From Lentimicrobiaceae bacterium (GTDB taxonomy: Bacteria; Bacteroidota; Bacteroidia; Bacteroidales; JAGONC01), in NCBI GenBank assembly GCA_017993235.1, contig JAGONC010000016.1, positions 5,072 through 69,071 of the forward strand: a stretch of DNA of 64,000 nucleotides, read 5' to 3'. The notes under the pieces are model-generated. The model was not told the origin of the DNA. It searched no databases and worked only from the letters and a program-made list of their open reading frames with translations. Below are positions 38,354-46,483 of this stretch, piece by piece. Numbering within the stretch: the first letter of the stretch is position 1; the number at the start of each line of letters is the position of its first letter. The position numbers and the translations under genes are program-made.

Positions 38354-39424
38354 TCAGATATTGTCGGGTATGGTGACCTCGATCGCGCCGGCTCCGTAAT
38401 GTTCGAAGGGAGCATCATGAAAATCCAGCCCGCCAAACTCTTTCAGCATTTCCTGGATAGCATTCTTCAGCGTGCCGTTGCCGATGCCATGAATGAAAAA
38501 AACCCGGTAATAATGATTTTCCAGCGCACTGTCGAGGCAACTGGAAAAATATCGTGTCTGAATAGCGAGGATCTCATGGTTTTTAAGGTCCGAATAATCA
38601 TCCACGAGTGAAGAAATATGAAGGTCAACCTCGGCAACGCGGGAACCAATACGATGCCGGTCGATCAGGATCTGCGGTTTCACCGGTTCGGCCTGTGCAG
38701 GCTCAGGTTGCGGTTCACCGTATTTTTCCTGTGCTTCCGGTGAATGTATGTCCAGTGATCCTTTCATTTCGTGGATCCTGTAGATCAGGGCCTTTTCCTG
38801 AAGTAGATTCGAAGACTGGTACTGAACATCCTTGTAAAATTTCATGGGCTTGATCCTGAAGGCACTGCTCACCGGCATCAGTATTCTGGAGTCCTGGTCA
38901 CGATGGAACAGCAACTGAATAACACCCTGACACCATTTCTCAATCTCCTCACGTTCAATGGTTTCCAGCTGGAGTTGTGAATCAGCGGGGATCACATCAT
39001 AATCAATGCCTGTGTACCCGGTTGCACCTTTCAGAAAAAAGCTGATCAATACGTCATAACCGGTGAAGTTGATGATCTGTATATCCATGGGACCCGTCAT
39101 CAGCCACTTTTGATCCTGGGGCACAAAGGCAAGATAGATGCCATTGGGATATTGGTTTTTGGAAGCAAACCGGATCAGGGGTGTGATTTTATGATCAAAT
39201 TCCGGTTCAGGCTGAACGGCAGGCTTTGCGTTGAATTCAACGGGCTTTTTGTTGCTGTAATACTCCGAGATATCATCCATCGGTATGAGTTCACTGATCC
39301 GTGTCGGGATCTCAAAGCCATCTTCTATGGCGACATTGACCATGGAACTGCTCAGGATTTGTGTCACAACACCTCCGCCCCGTTCATTCAGGAACCTCAC
39401 CCGGTCACCCACGTTAAACTTCAT
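38354..39424 (-). CDS. Smr-domain protein with SH3/KOW-like N-terminus (DUF2027-type)
   Basis: 356 aa. The C-terminal Smr module is VDLHISSLV...RVFFIHGIGNGTLKNAIQEML. The N-terminus MKFNVGDRVRFLNERGGGVVTQI looks KOW/SH3-like. Confidence 0.7.
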   Translation of the reverse strand: MKFNVGDRVRFLNERGGGVVTQILSSSMVNVAIEDGFEIPTRISELIPMDDISEYYSNKKPVEFNAKPAVQPEPEFDHKITPLIRFASKNQYPNGIYLAFVPQDQKWLMTGPMDIQIINFTGYDVLISFFLKGATGYTGIDYDVIPADSQLQLETIEREEIEKWCQGVIQLLFHRDQDSRILMPVSSAFRIKPMKFYKDVQYQSSNLLQEKALIYRIHEMKGSLDIHSPEAQEKYGEPQPEPAQAEPVKPQILIDRHRIGSRVAEVDLHISSLVDDYSDLKNHEILAIQTRYFSSCLDSALENHYYRVFFIHGIGNGTLKNAIQEMLKEFGGLDFHDAPFEHYGAGAIEVTIPDNI

Positions 39425-39435
39425 CTTTTTTTCTG

Positions 39436-39443
39436 CAAAATTA
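39436..39443 (-). promoter_or_regulatory. -7 promoter box TAatTTTG (Smr gene)
   Basis: The reverse complement of caaaatta is TAATTTTG. It lies only 12 nt upstream of the ATG at 39424, so the transcript would be nearly leaderless. Confidence 0.5.
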
Positions 39444-39518
39444 GCAATTAATCTTTCGAGTGCAGGCTCCAGGCATGTTCCTTGTACGCAAATCCCTTAT
39501 TTCCCCCAACGAATTCTG

Positions 39519-39526
39519 TATCTTTG
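39519..39526 (+). promoter_or_regulatory. -7 promoter box TAtcTTTG (TonB-dependent receptor)
   Basis: Exact match 50 nt upstream of the ATG at 39576. Confidence 0.5.
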
Positions 39527-39575
39527 CAGGGAATGTTTTCCTTTGGGGTTTCAATAAACTGTTAAGCCTGTAAAT

Positions 39576-41957
39576 ATGAACCGAACGGGAGTTTTTTACG
39601 GGAAGTTATGTAAGAGGCTCCTCTCTGCCTGCCTTGTGTTGGGAATATGCACAGGTTTGGTAGCTCAAAGCAGTTTGAAGGGCATTGTCATTGACAATGA
39701 GAGCAGGGAGACTCTCTCTGAAGTCACGCTTTACCTTTCACCCGTTGGCAGGGGGACGGTAACCAATCCGTGGGGTAAATTCAGCATGGATAACCTTGAG
39801 CCTGGAGCGTATACACTTGAAGTCAGGCACCTGGGTTACGAGATATATGTGAGCAAGGTGCTGCTGGAGAATGGACAGACACTCAGCCTGCGGATACTCA
39901 TGATTCCTGAGGCCAAAACCATCGAAGGGATTGAAGTGAAAGACTATTCGGAAGGTAGTTCCGATCCTGCCAGACTTCCCTATATCAAAACGGTGGTCGC
40001 AAGGGAGCAGATCATCCAGACATCAGCAACCGATATCGGAACGTACATACGTGCTGTGCCCAATGTATCCGGAATACGCAAGGGTGGATCCACTGTTGAC
40101 CCTGTGATCAGGGGATTCAAATACGGGCAGCTGAATGTCCAGGTTGACGATGGGCAAAAGGTTGAGGGGGGATGCCCCAACCGGATGGATCCGGCTTTAT
40201 CTCACTTCGAGATTGAGGATCTGGAAGGTCTTGAGATCCTGAAGGGGCCTTATTCATTCCGTTACGGAACCTCTTTCGGAGGCATACTGAATCTTCAGAC
40301 GCAAAAGCCAGCGCTGCATGACCAGTTCAAGGTGGAAGGATCGGCCCTGATCGGCTACACCAGCAATCCTTCGGGGATAAAAGGACACCTTACCCTCAAC
40401 GGGGGTAACCGGTTCCTTGCCTTTGGACTGTCAGGCGGCATGAAAGGGAACGGTAATTACAGCGATGGTAGCGGGAATACAGTAAAATCGAAAAACAACC
40501 GGTACAGTATCGCAGGGCAGGTTTGTATCGTTCCGGCCCGACGGCACAATCTGCAGCTGTCGTACCGTTACTCCCTGGGGCGCGATGTATCCTATCCGGC
40601 ACTCCCCATGGATATGAGAGAGGATGTAACCCGGCTGATGGCTCTCGATTATACCTGGGATCTTCCCCATGCGAATGCATTACCCATCAGCGTCAAGATG
40701 TACAGGTCAGAAGTGAACCATGAGATGGACAACAAAGACCGTCCCAATTCCGATACCGTTGTGGCGGTAACTACCGTCAGGGCTGTTAATTCCGGGACCA
40801 GGATCGAAGGCGGATTCAGGGCCGGCAACAGTTTTCTGCTATCCGGGATCGACCTGGAGCATATCACCAAGGACGGTGACCGTGTGAAGACGCTCATCCT
40901 GCAGCCTACGGTTCCGGTTTACACCGAACCGGTATGGAACAACGCCGTCATCACCAACCTGGGCTTGTTTGCAGAGTACAGGCAGACCCTCCGGCCGGTG
41001 GATCTGATCGTATCCGGCCGGCTGGACTATAACCAGGCCAATTCCGGTGATATCACCTTTGAGAAAATGGGAACGATCATCTACTTCAGTGATGAAAACC
41101 GGTCGGATTATTTTAACGTAAGTGCCAGTGCAGGAGCTGTATATCATATGAATGAGCATCTTTCACTCAGCCTGATGCTGGGACGGGGTATCAGAAGTCC
41201 GGATATGGTTGAACGATTCATCACCCTGTTGCCTGTGGGGTATGACAATTACGACTACCTGGGCAATCCCTCATTGCAACCGGAAGCCAATCACCAGATC
41301 GATCTTACCGGCCGTGTGGAACATCCGGGATTCGGTAACCTTGAGGTCAATGGATTTTATTCATGGATCACGGATTATATTACAGGTCAGATCGTGCCAC
41401 CGGCAGAACAGAAGCCGGCGACCGCAGGTGTCAGGGGAGTGAAAAAGTTTTACAACGCCAATCTGGCCCGGTTCAGGGGATTTGAGGTGACCTATCGTTC
41501 ACCGGCCTCCATGCAATGGATCCTTCAGCTTATCGCCTCCTGGACACATGCAACCGTTGATAAAGCGGTCAGGCATGTTGTAAATTCCAGTGGGGAAGTC
41601 ACCGGAACCGAGGTCATTGAAAATGATCCCCTGGCAGAAATTCCTCCCTTCGAGTCCACCCTGGTGGTGGGTTATCCATTCCTTCATGGAAAGCTGATTC
41701 CCAGCGTAAAAGGCAGGCTGGTCACCCATCAGAACGATGTTTCGCAGGCGTTTTATGAACAGACCACACCGGGTTTTTTTGTTGCCGGTATCTCGGTTTC
41801 CTATTTTCATAACCGGCATTTTACGATCACAGGTGGTATTGACAATCTATTTGATAATGCATATTACGAGCATCTGAACCGACGCGTTATCGGCACCACG
41901 GATGACCTGTATGAACCAGGGACCAATTTCTTTATCAATTTATTATTCAGTCTTTAA
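39576..41957 (+). CDS. TonB-dependent outer-membrane receptor with CarboxypepD_reg-like N-domain
   Basis: 793 aa with a signal peptide, a GIVIDNESRETLSEVTLYL Ig-like domain, a plug (…VDPVIRGF…) and a long barrel. Confidence 0.85.
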   Translation: MNRTGVFYGKLCKRLLSACLVLGICTGLVAQSSLKGIVIDNESRETLSEVTLYLSPVGRGTVTNPWGKFSMDNLEPGAYTLEVRHLGYEIYVSKVLLENGQTLSLRILMIPEAKTIEGIEVKDYSEGSSDPARLPYIKTVVAREQIIQTSATDIGTYIRAVPNVSGIRKGGSTVDPVIRGFKYGQLNVQVDDGQKVEGGCPNRMDPALSHFEIEDLEGLEILKGPYSFRYGTSFGGILNLQTQKPALHDQFKVEGSALIGYTSNPSGIKGHLTLNGGNRFLAFGLSGGMKGNGNYSDGSGNTVKSKNNRYSIAGQVCIVPARRHNLQLSYRYSLGRDVSYPALPMDMREDVTRLMALDYTWDLPHANALPISVKMYRSEVNHEMDNKDRPNSDTVVAVTTVRAVNSGTRIEGGFRAGNSFLLSGIDLEHITKDGDRVKTLILQPTVPVYTEPVWNNAVITNLGLFAEYRQTLRPVDLIVSGRLDYNQANSGDITFEKMGTIIYFSDENRSDYFNVSASAGAVYHMNEHLSLSLMLGRGIRSPDMVERFITLLPVGYDNYDYLGNPSLQPEANHQIDLTGRVEHPGFGNLEVNGFYSWITDYITGQIVPPAEQKPATAGVRGVKKFYNANLARFRGFEVTYRSPASMQWILQLIASWTHATVDKAVRHVVNSSGEVTGTEVIENDPLAEIPPFESTLVVGYPFLHGKLIPSVKGRLVTHQNDVSQAFYEQTTPGFFVAGISVSYFHNRHFTITGGIDNLFDNAYYEHLNRRVIGTTDDLYEPGTNFFINLLFSL

Positions 41958-44079
41958 CCGGCGTTTTAGGTTCCACACCTAGGTTACTGAAAATAAAAGC
42001 CGCAACGTCGGCTGTCTCCTCGATGACCTTTGCCGTAGGTTTTCCGCCACCATGTCCGGCCCGGGTCTCGATCCGGATCAGGACAGGATTGTCGCCCACC
42101 TGATTTTCCTGGAGCGTGGCTGCGAATTTAAAGGAATGTGCAGGTACAACCCGGTCATCATGATCAGCTGTGGTGATCAGTGTAGCGGGATATTCTGTTC
42201 CTGGTTTCACTGCATGCAGGGGTGAGTATCCAAGCAGGTAGGCAAACATGGTTGAATCATCTTCGCTGGTACCGTAATCCACCGCCCAGAAGTGCCCGAT
42301 GGTGAATTTATGATACCTCAGCATATCGAGAACCCCGACAGCAGGAAGCGCCACTTTGAACAGATCAGGCCGCTGGGTCATGCACGCCCCCACCAGCAGC
42401 CCCCCGTTGGACCCGCCCGAAATGGCCAGCCTGCCGGGATTTGTGTACCCCTGTTTGATCAAATATTCTGCAGCAGCGATAAAGTCGTCAAATACATTCT
42501 GTTTGTTCAACAGGGTGCCGGCGGTGTGCCAGTCCTCACCGTACTCTCCCCCGCCACGGATGTTGGGGAGTGCATATACGAATCCGTTTTCCAGGTATAC
42601 CAGCCGGCTGATGCTGAATGAAGGGGTCATGCTTATGCTGAAACCTCCATACCCGTAAAGCAGCGTGGGATTCCTGCCATCCAGTGTCAGGTCTTTCCGG
42701 TGGACGATGAACATGGGTATTTTCGTGCCGTCCTTGCTCTCATAGAATTCCTGTTTTACGACATAGGCATCCGGATCAAAGTCAATGTCCGATGTTTTAT
42801 ATACCGTAGAAAGGTTATTATTGACATCGTACTGGTAAATGGTTGTCGGGAATGTGAAGGAAGTGAAAAGATAGAAGGCAACCGGATCATCTTTGGTTCC
42901 GGAAAACCCTCCCAGCGTACCGATGCCCGGAAGAAGAACTTCCCCGAGGGAGAGACCGTTGTAATCATAGATAAAAACCTTGCTGCAGGCTTCTTTCATA
43001 TACTCGGCAAAGATCCTTCCGCCAATAACCGAGGCTCCTTCCAGCACCTCTTCCTTCTCGGGAATCAGGTCATTCCACGATGCAGTCCCGCTGCCTTCCA
43101 GGTTGATCCTGACCAGTTTCTTTCTCGGGGCGTTCTCGTCGGTCAGGATCAGAAATGCATTATCAATGTTATCAATTACCCAGTATTCATGATCAAAACC
43201 TTTCACCAGGGGTATGAAGGGTGAATCTACCCTGCTCAGATCTTTATAGCTGAGCGCATTGCCGTAGGTGGATTCCGATTCATACAGGAATAAATAGCGC
43301 TCATCTTCCGTGGTGCCGCAGGTGTAATTCCGCAAAGGGTATTCCGGGTTCTCATAGATCAGCACATCCTGTGACTGGTCGGTCCCCACTTTGTGATAAT
43401 AAACCTTATGGTTCTTGTTTTGTGATGAAAGTTCCATACCCTCTGCAGGCTTATCGAACCGGCTGTAATAGAACCCGTCATCTTTCCATGAAATACCTGA
43501 GAATTTGATCCATAAAAGCTCCTCAGGGAATTTTTGACCGGTCAGAACATCCATTACGTAGATCTTGTTCCAGTCGGATCCGGCCTCAGCAGTTGCATAG
43601 CCTGCATAGCGGGCATCCTTTGAAACACTGAATCCGGCCAGGGCAATGGTCCCGTCGGGCGACAGGGTGTTGGGATCCAGCAGTACCCTGGGTTCTCCGT
43701 TCAGGCTATCCTGAAGGTAAAGGACATTCTGGTTCTGAAGCCCGTCATTCCGGGAGAAAAAATAATAATTCCCCTTCCGGTACGGGACACTGTATCTTGG
43801 ATAATTCCAAAGTTTTGTGATGCGGCTGACGAGCGAATCCCTGAAGGGAATGTTCTTAAGGTACCCGAACGTCACAACATTCTGGGCGGATACCCATGCC
43901 TCCGTTTCTTTGGATGTGTCGTTTTCAAGCCACCGGTAGGGATCAGCAACCGTAACCCCAAAATACTCATCCGCGACATCTGTTTTTTGGGTTGGTGGGT
44001 ATTGGATCGCCTTGCGCGGAGAGCAACCCATTAACATGATCATACTGAAAATAATTGCAATACTGAGTAAATGTTTCAT
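41947..44079 (-). CDS. prolyl oligopeptidase (S9A serine peptidase)
   Basis: 710 aa with a signal/lipoprotein-like N-terminus (MLMGCSP), a beta-propeller, the nucleophile elbow GGSNGGLL and catalytic DHDDRV / AGHGGG segments. Confidence 0.92.
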   Translation of the reverse strand: MKHLLSIAIIFSMIMLMGCSPRKAIQYPPTQKTDVADEYFGVTVADPYRWLENDTSKETEAWVSAQNVVTFGYLKNIPFRDSLVSRITKLWNYPRYSVPYRKGNYYFFSRNDGLQNQNVLYLQDSLNGEPRVLLDPNTLSPDGTIALAGFSVSKDARYAGYATAEAGSDWNKIYVMDVLTGQKFPEELLWIKFSGISWKDDGFYYSRFDKPAEGMELSSQNKNHKVYYHKVGTDQSQDVLIYENPEYPLRNYTCGTTEDERYLFLYESESTYGNALSYKDLSRVDSPFIPLVKGFDHEYWVIDNIDNAFLILTDENAPRKKLVRINLEGSGTASWNDLIPEKEEVLEGASVIGGRIFAEYMKEACSKVFIYDYNGLSLGEVLLPGIGTLGGFSGTKDDPVAFYLFTSFTFPTTIYQYDVNNNLSTVYKTSDIDFDPDAYVVKQEFYESKDGTKIPMFIVHRKDLTLDGRNPTLLYGYGGFSISMTPSFSISRLVYLENGFVYALPNIRGGGEYGEDWHTAGTLLNKQNVFDDFIAAAEYLIKQGYTNPGRLAISGGSNGGLLVGACMTQRPDLFKVALPAVGVLDMLRYHKFTIGHFWAVDYGTSEDDSTMFAYLLGYSPLHAVKPGTEYPATLITTADHDDRVVPAHSFKFAATLQENQVGDNPVLIRIETRAGHGGGKPTAKVIEETADVAAFIFSNLGVEPKTPVKD

Positions 44080-44176
44080 AAGAGGAATAAATTAGGATCC
44101 GCGAAGCAGTCAATGGACTTTCTGCCAAAATAACTGCATTTTGTAAAGGTTACCGTTACCTGTTTTAATTTTACGG

Positions 44177-44184
44177 CAAATTTA
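44177..44184 (-). promoter_or_regulatory. possible -7 box TAaaTTTG (prolyl oligopeptidase)
   Basis: The reverse complement of caaattta is TAAATTTG, but it lies about 98 nt upstream of the ATG at 44079, so the assignment is weak. Confidence 0.3.
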
Positions 44185-44224
44185 GTCAATCCTTTTTTTC
44201 ATTCGTTTTTAAATATCAAAATCC

Positions 44225-45124
44225 ATGACGAAAAGAATCGGATCCCTGACCGTAATGATGCACAACTACGGCATCGATGACTTTCAGGACAATGAACTGC
44301 ATGTTGAAACCTATCCTTACACGCGCTCTGTTTTTGATGACCAGGGTAATGCAGTGGAGGAGATCACATTCACAAAGGAAGGAGAGACTGAGTCGCGTTA
44401 TGTTCGGAAATATGATGCACAGGGAATTTTAACGGAGGAGCTCTATTATTCAGGGGAGGATCTTACCGACCGCCGGACATTTGAGCGGCGGAGTGACGGA
44501 AAGCTGATCAGGGAATACCGGCATTATCTGGACGGCTCATTGGACACCATAAGTTATCTATACAATGACCAGGACCAACTGTCCGAGAAGGTTACCAGGG
44601 ATGATGAGGATTTTCTGGAGTCCAGGACCCTGTTTGAATACATGGATTCAAGGCTGGTTGCCGAAAAGGAGACGGATGGTGAAGGGGAACTGATCTCGGA
44701 GAAAAAGGTTGTGTACAATGACGCCGGGCATCCTGTTGAGCAAATGGAATGGACAAGGGAGAACGATTACAGGATGCGGTTGGCGGAGGAGTTGGATGAA
44801 CAGGGGATGCGCATTCGTTCGGCAAGGTACATCAATGGCAGACTTGTCGAACGAATGGGCTACCAGCACGATGAAAAGGGACAGGTGTTGCAGATGACCG
44901 AAGAGAATGAACGGGGAAGTTCTATCTATACGTTTGAATATGATGCCCTTGGCAATATGACGTTACAGGAGGAGCAGGACCGGGAGGGGAGGGTGATCAG
45001 CAGGATAGAGCGAACCTATGACGGGGAGGGGAGAATTCTTGAGAACAAAGTTTTTATCGATGGACAGGGCAGGCGCATGAGTCAGCATTACCGCCTGGAG
45101 TATATTTATACGTTCAACGGGTAA
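44225..45124 (+). CDS. stand-alone YD/RHS-repeat-like protein
   Basis: 299 aa with no signal peptide. About 12 repeats of the x-Y-x-D-x-x-G-x-(L/V/I) type are present (RKYDAQGIL, FEYDALGNM, RTYDGEGRI, VVYNDAGHP, YQHDEKGQV...). Confidence 0.55.
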   Translation: MTKRIGSLTVMMHNYGIDDFQDNELHVETYPYTRSVFDDQGNAVEEITFTKEGETESRYVRKYDAQGILTEELYYSGEDLTDRRTFERRSDGKLIREYRHYLDGSLDTISYLYNDQDQLSEKVTRDDEDFLESRTLFEYMDSRLVAEKETDGEGELISEKKVVYNDAGHPVEQMEWTRENDYRMRLAEELDEQGMRIRSARYINGRLVERMGYQHDEKGQVLQMTEENERGSSIYTFEYDALGNMTLQEEQDREGRVISRIERTYDGEGRILENKVFIDGQGRRMSQHYRLEYIYTFNG

Positions 45125-46442
45125 ATTTTTTCTTCCATTTGCCGGTCAGGTAGTAGCTGTACTGAAGAAGAAGGCCCAGGCACCAGGCAATGGGTATTCC
45201 CCACCATATTCCGTTAATATCCAGATGCTTGCTAAGCCAGTAGGAAGCCGGCACTCTGACCACCCACAGCACGAACAGTGTGTTGAACATGGGGATCAGG
45301 GTGTCGCCTGATCCGCGCATGACGCCACCGATGACGATCATAGTCGAGAAAACCATATAGAAGGAGCTCACGATGACAAGGTAGCCTGACCCTATGCGAA
45401 TGACCTCTTCGTCGCGGGTGAACAGTTGCATCAGTTCATGCCGGAAAACCACAGCGATCAGGGTCATCAGGATGCTGATCATAAAGATCATCCGAAGGGT
45501 GGCGAAGAATCCGGTGCGCGCACGTTCCATTTTACCGGCACCCAGATTCTGCCCTACAAAGGTGGCAAGGGCGGCCGCAAAATTCATCGCAGGCATGGAG
45601 GCGAAAGAATCAATGCGCATACCAATGCTGTAGGCAGCGCTGGCATCCGCGCCAAAGGGATTCACGATCCAGAACATCGCCAGAAAACTCAGGGCTACAA
45701 AGGCTTGCTGGAATCCCACCGGAAAACCAATGCGAAAACTTTTCCTGAAAATACCCCTGTCGAAGTACATCCTCCTGAAGGATAGGTTGATGATCTCATG
45801 ACGACGGTTGAGGTAAATGATGGCCATAAAAAATGCAGCCGCCTGGGATATGACCGTGGCAATAGCGACTCCTGCAATACCCCATTTAAAAACCAGCACA
45901 AACAACAGGTCAAGGAAGACGTTCAGGACGGTCGAGAAGATCAGGAAGTAAAGAGGCGTCTTTGAGTCGCCCAGTCCGCCCAGGATGGCTGCTGTTGCGT
46001 TGAAGCCAAAAGAGAAGATGACACCCGTAAAAAAGATGTTCAGGTAAAGCTTTGCCAGGGGGAGCACTTCGGGTGGAAGATGAATGAGCCGGAAGATCGC
46101 TTCACTGGCAAGTAAGCCAACGGCTGTGACCAGAATCGAAGCGGAAAAGATAAAAATGTACAGGGTATCAATGGTGCGTTTGACATTGTTGATATCCCTG
46201 GCACCAAAGTACTGTGCAATGACAATGGTGCCACCGGTACCGATACCGATAATGAGCGAGATGAGCGTAAAGACAATGGGGAAGGAAGATCCGACCGCGG
46301 CCAGTGCTTCCGTGCCTATGAACCTGCCCACGATGATGCTGTCGGCAATGTTGTAAAGCTGGTGAAAGACACTACCCAACAACATGGGGATGGCAAAATT
46401 GAAGATCAGCCGGGATTCGTTACCGGAGGTAAAGTCTTTCAT
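45114..46442 (-). CDS. MATE-family efflux transporter
   Basis: 442 aa with 12 predicted TMs and a MATE-like N-terminus (…FNFAIPMLLGSVFHQLYNIADSIIVGRFIG). Confidence 0.9.
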   Translation of the reverse strand: MKDFTSGNESRLIFNFAIPMLLGSVFHQLYNIADSIIVGRFIGTEALAAVGSSFPIVFTLISLIIGIGTGGTIVIAQYFGARDINNVKRTIDTLYIFIFSASILVTAVGLLASEAIFRLIHLPPEVLPLAKLYLNIFFTGVIFSFGFNATAAILGGLGDSKTPLYFLIFSTVLNVFLDLLFVLVFKWGIAGVAIATVISQAAAFFMAIIYLNRRHEIINLSFRRMYFDRGIFRKSFRIGFPVGFQQAFVALSFLAMFWIVNPFGADASAAYSIGMRIDSFASMPAMNFAAALATFVGQNLGAGKMERARTGFFATLRMIFMISILMTLIAVVFRHELMQLFTRDEEVIRIGSGYLVIVSSFYMVFSTMIVIGGVMRGSGDTLIPMFNTLFVLWVVRVPASYWLSKHLDINGIWWGIPIAWCLGLLLQYSYYLTGKWKKKFTR

Positions 46443-46483
46443 GGAAACACAGCATACACGGGCGAAGGTAAGCGAATTTTCGA

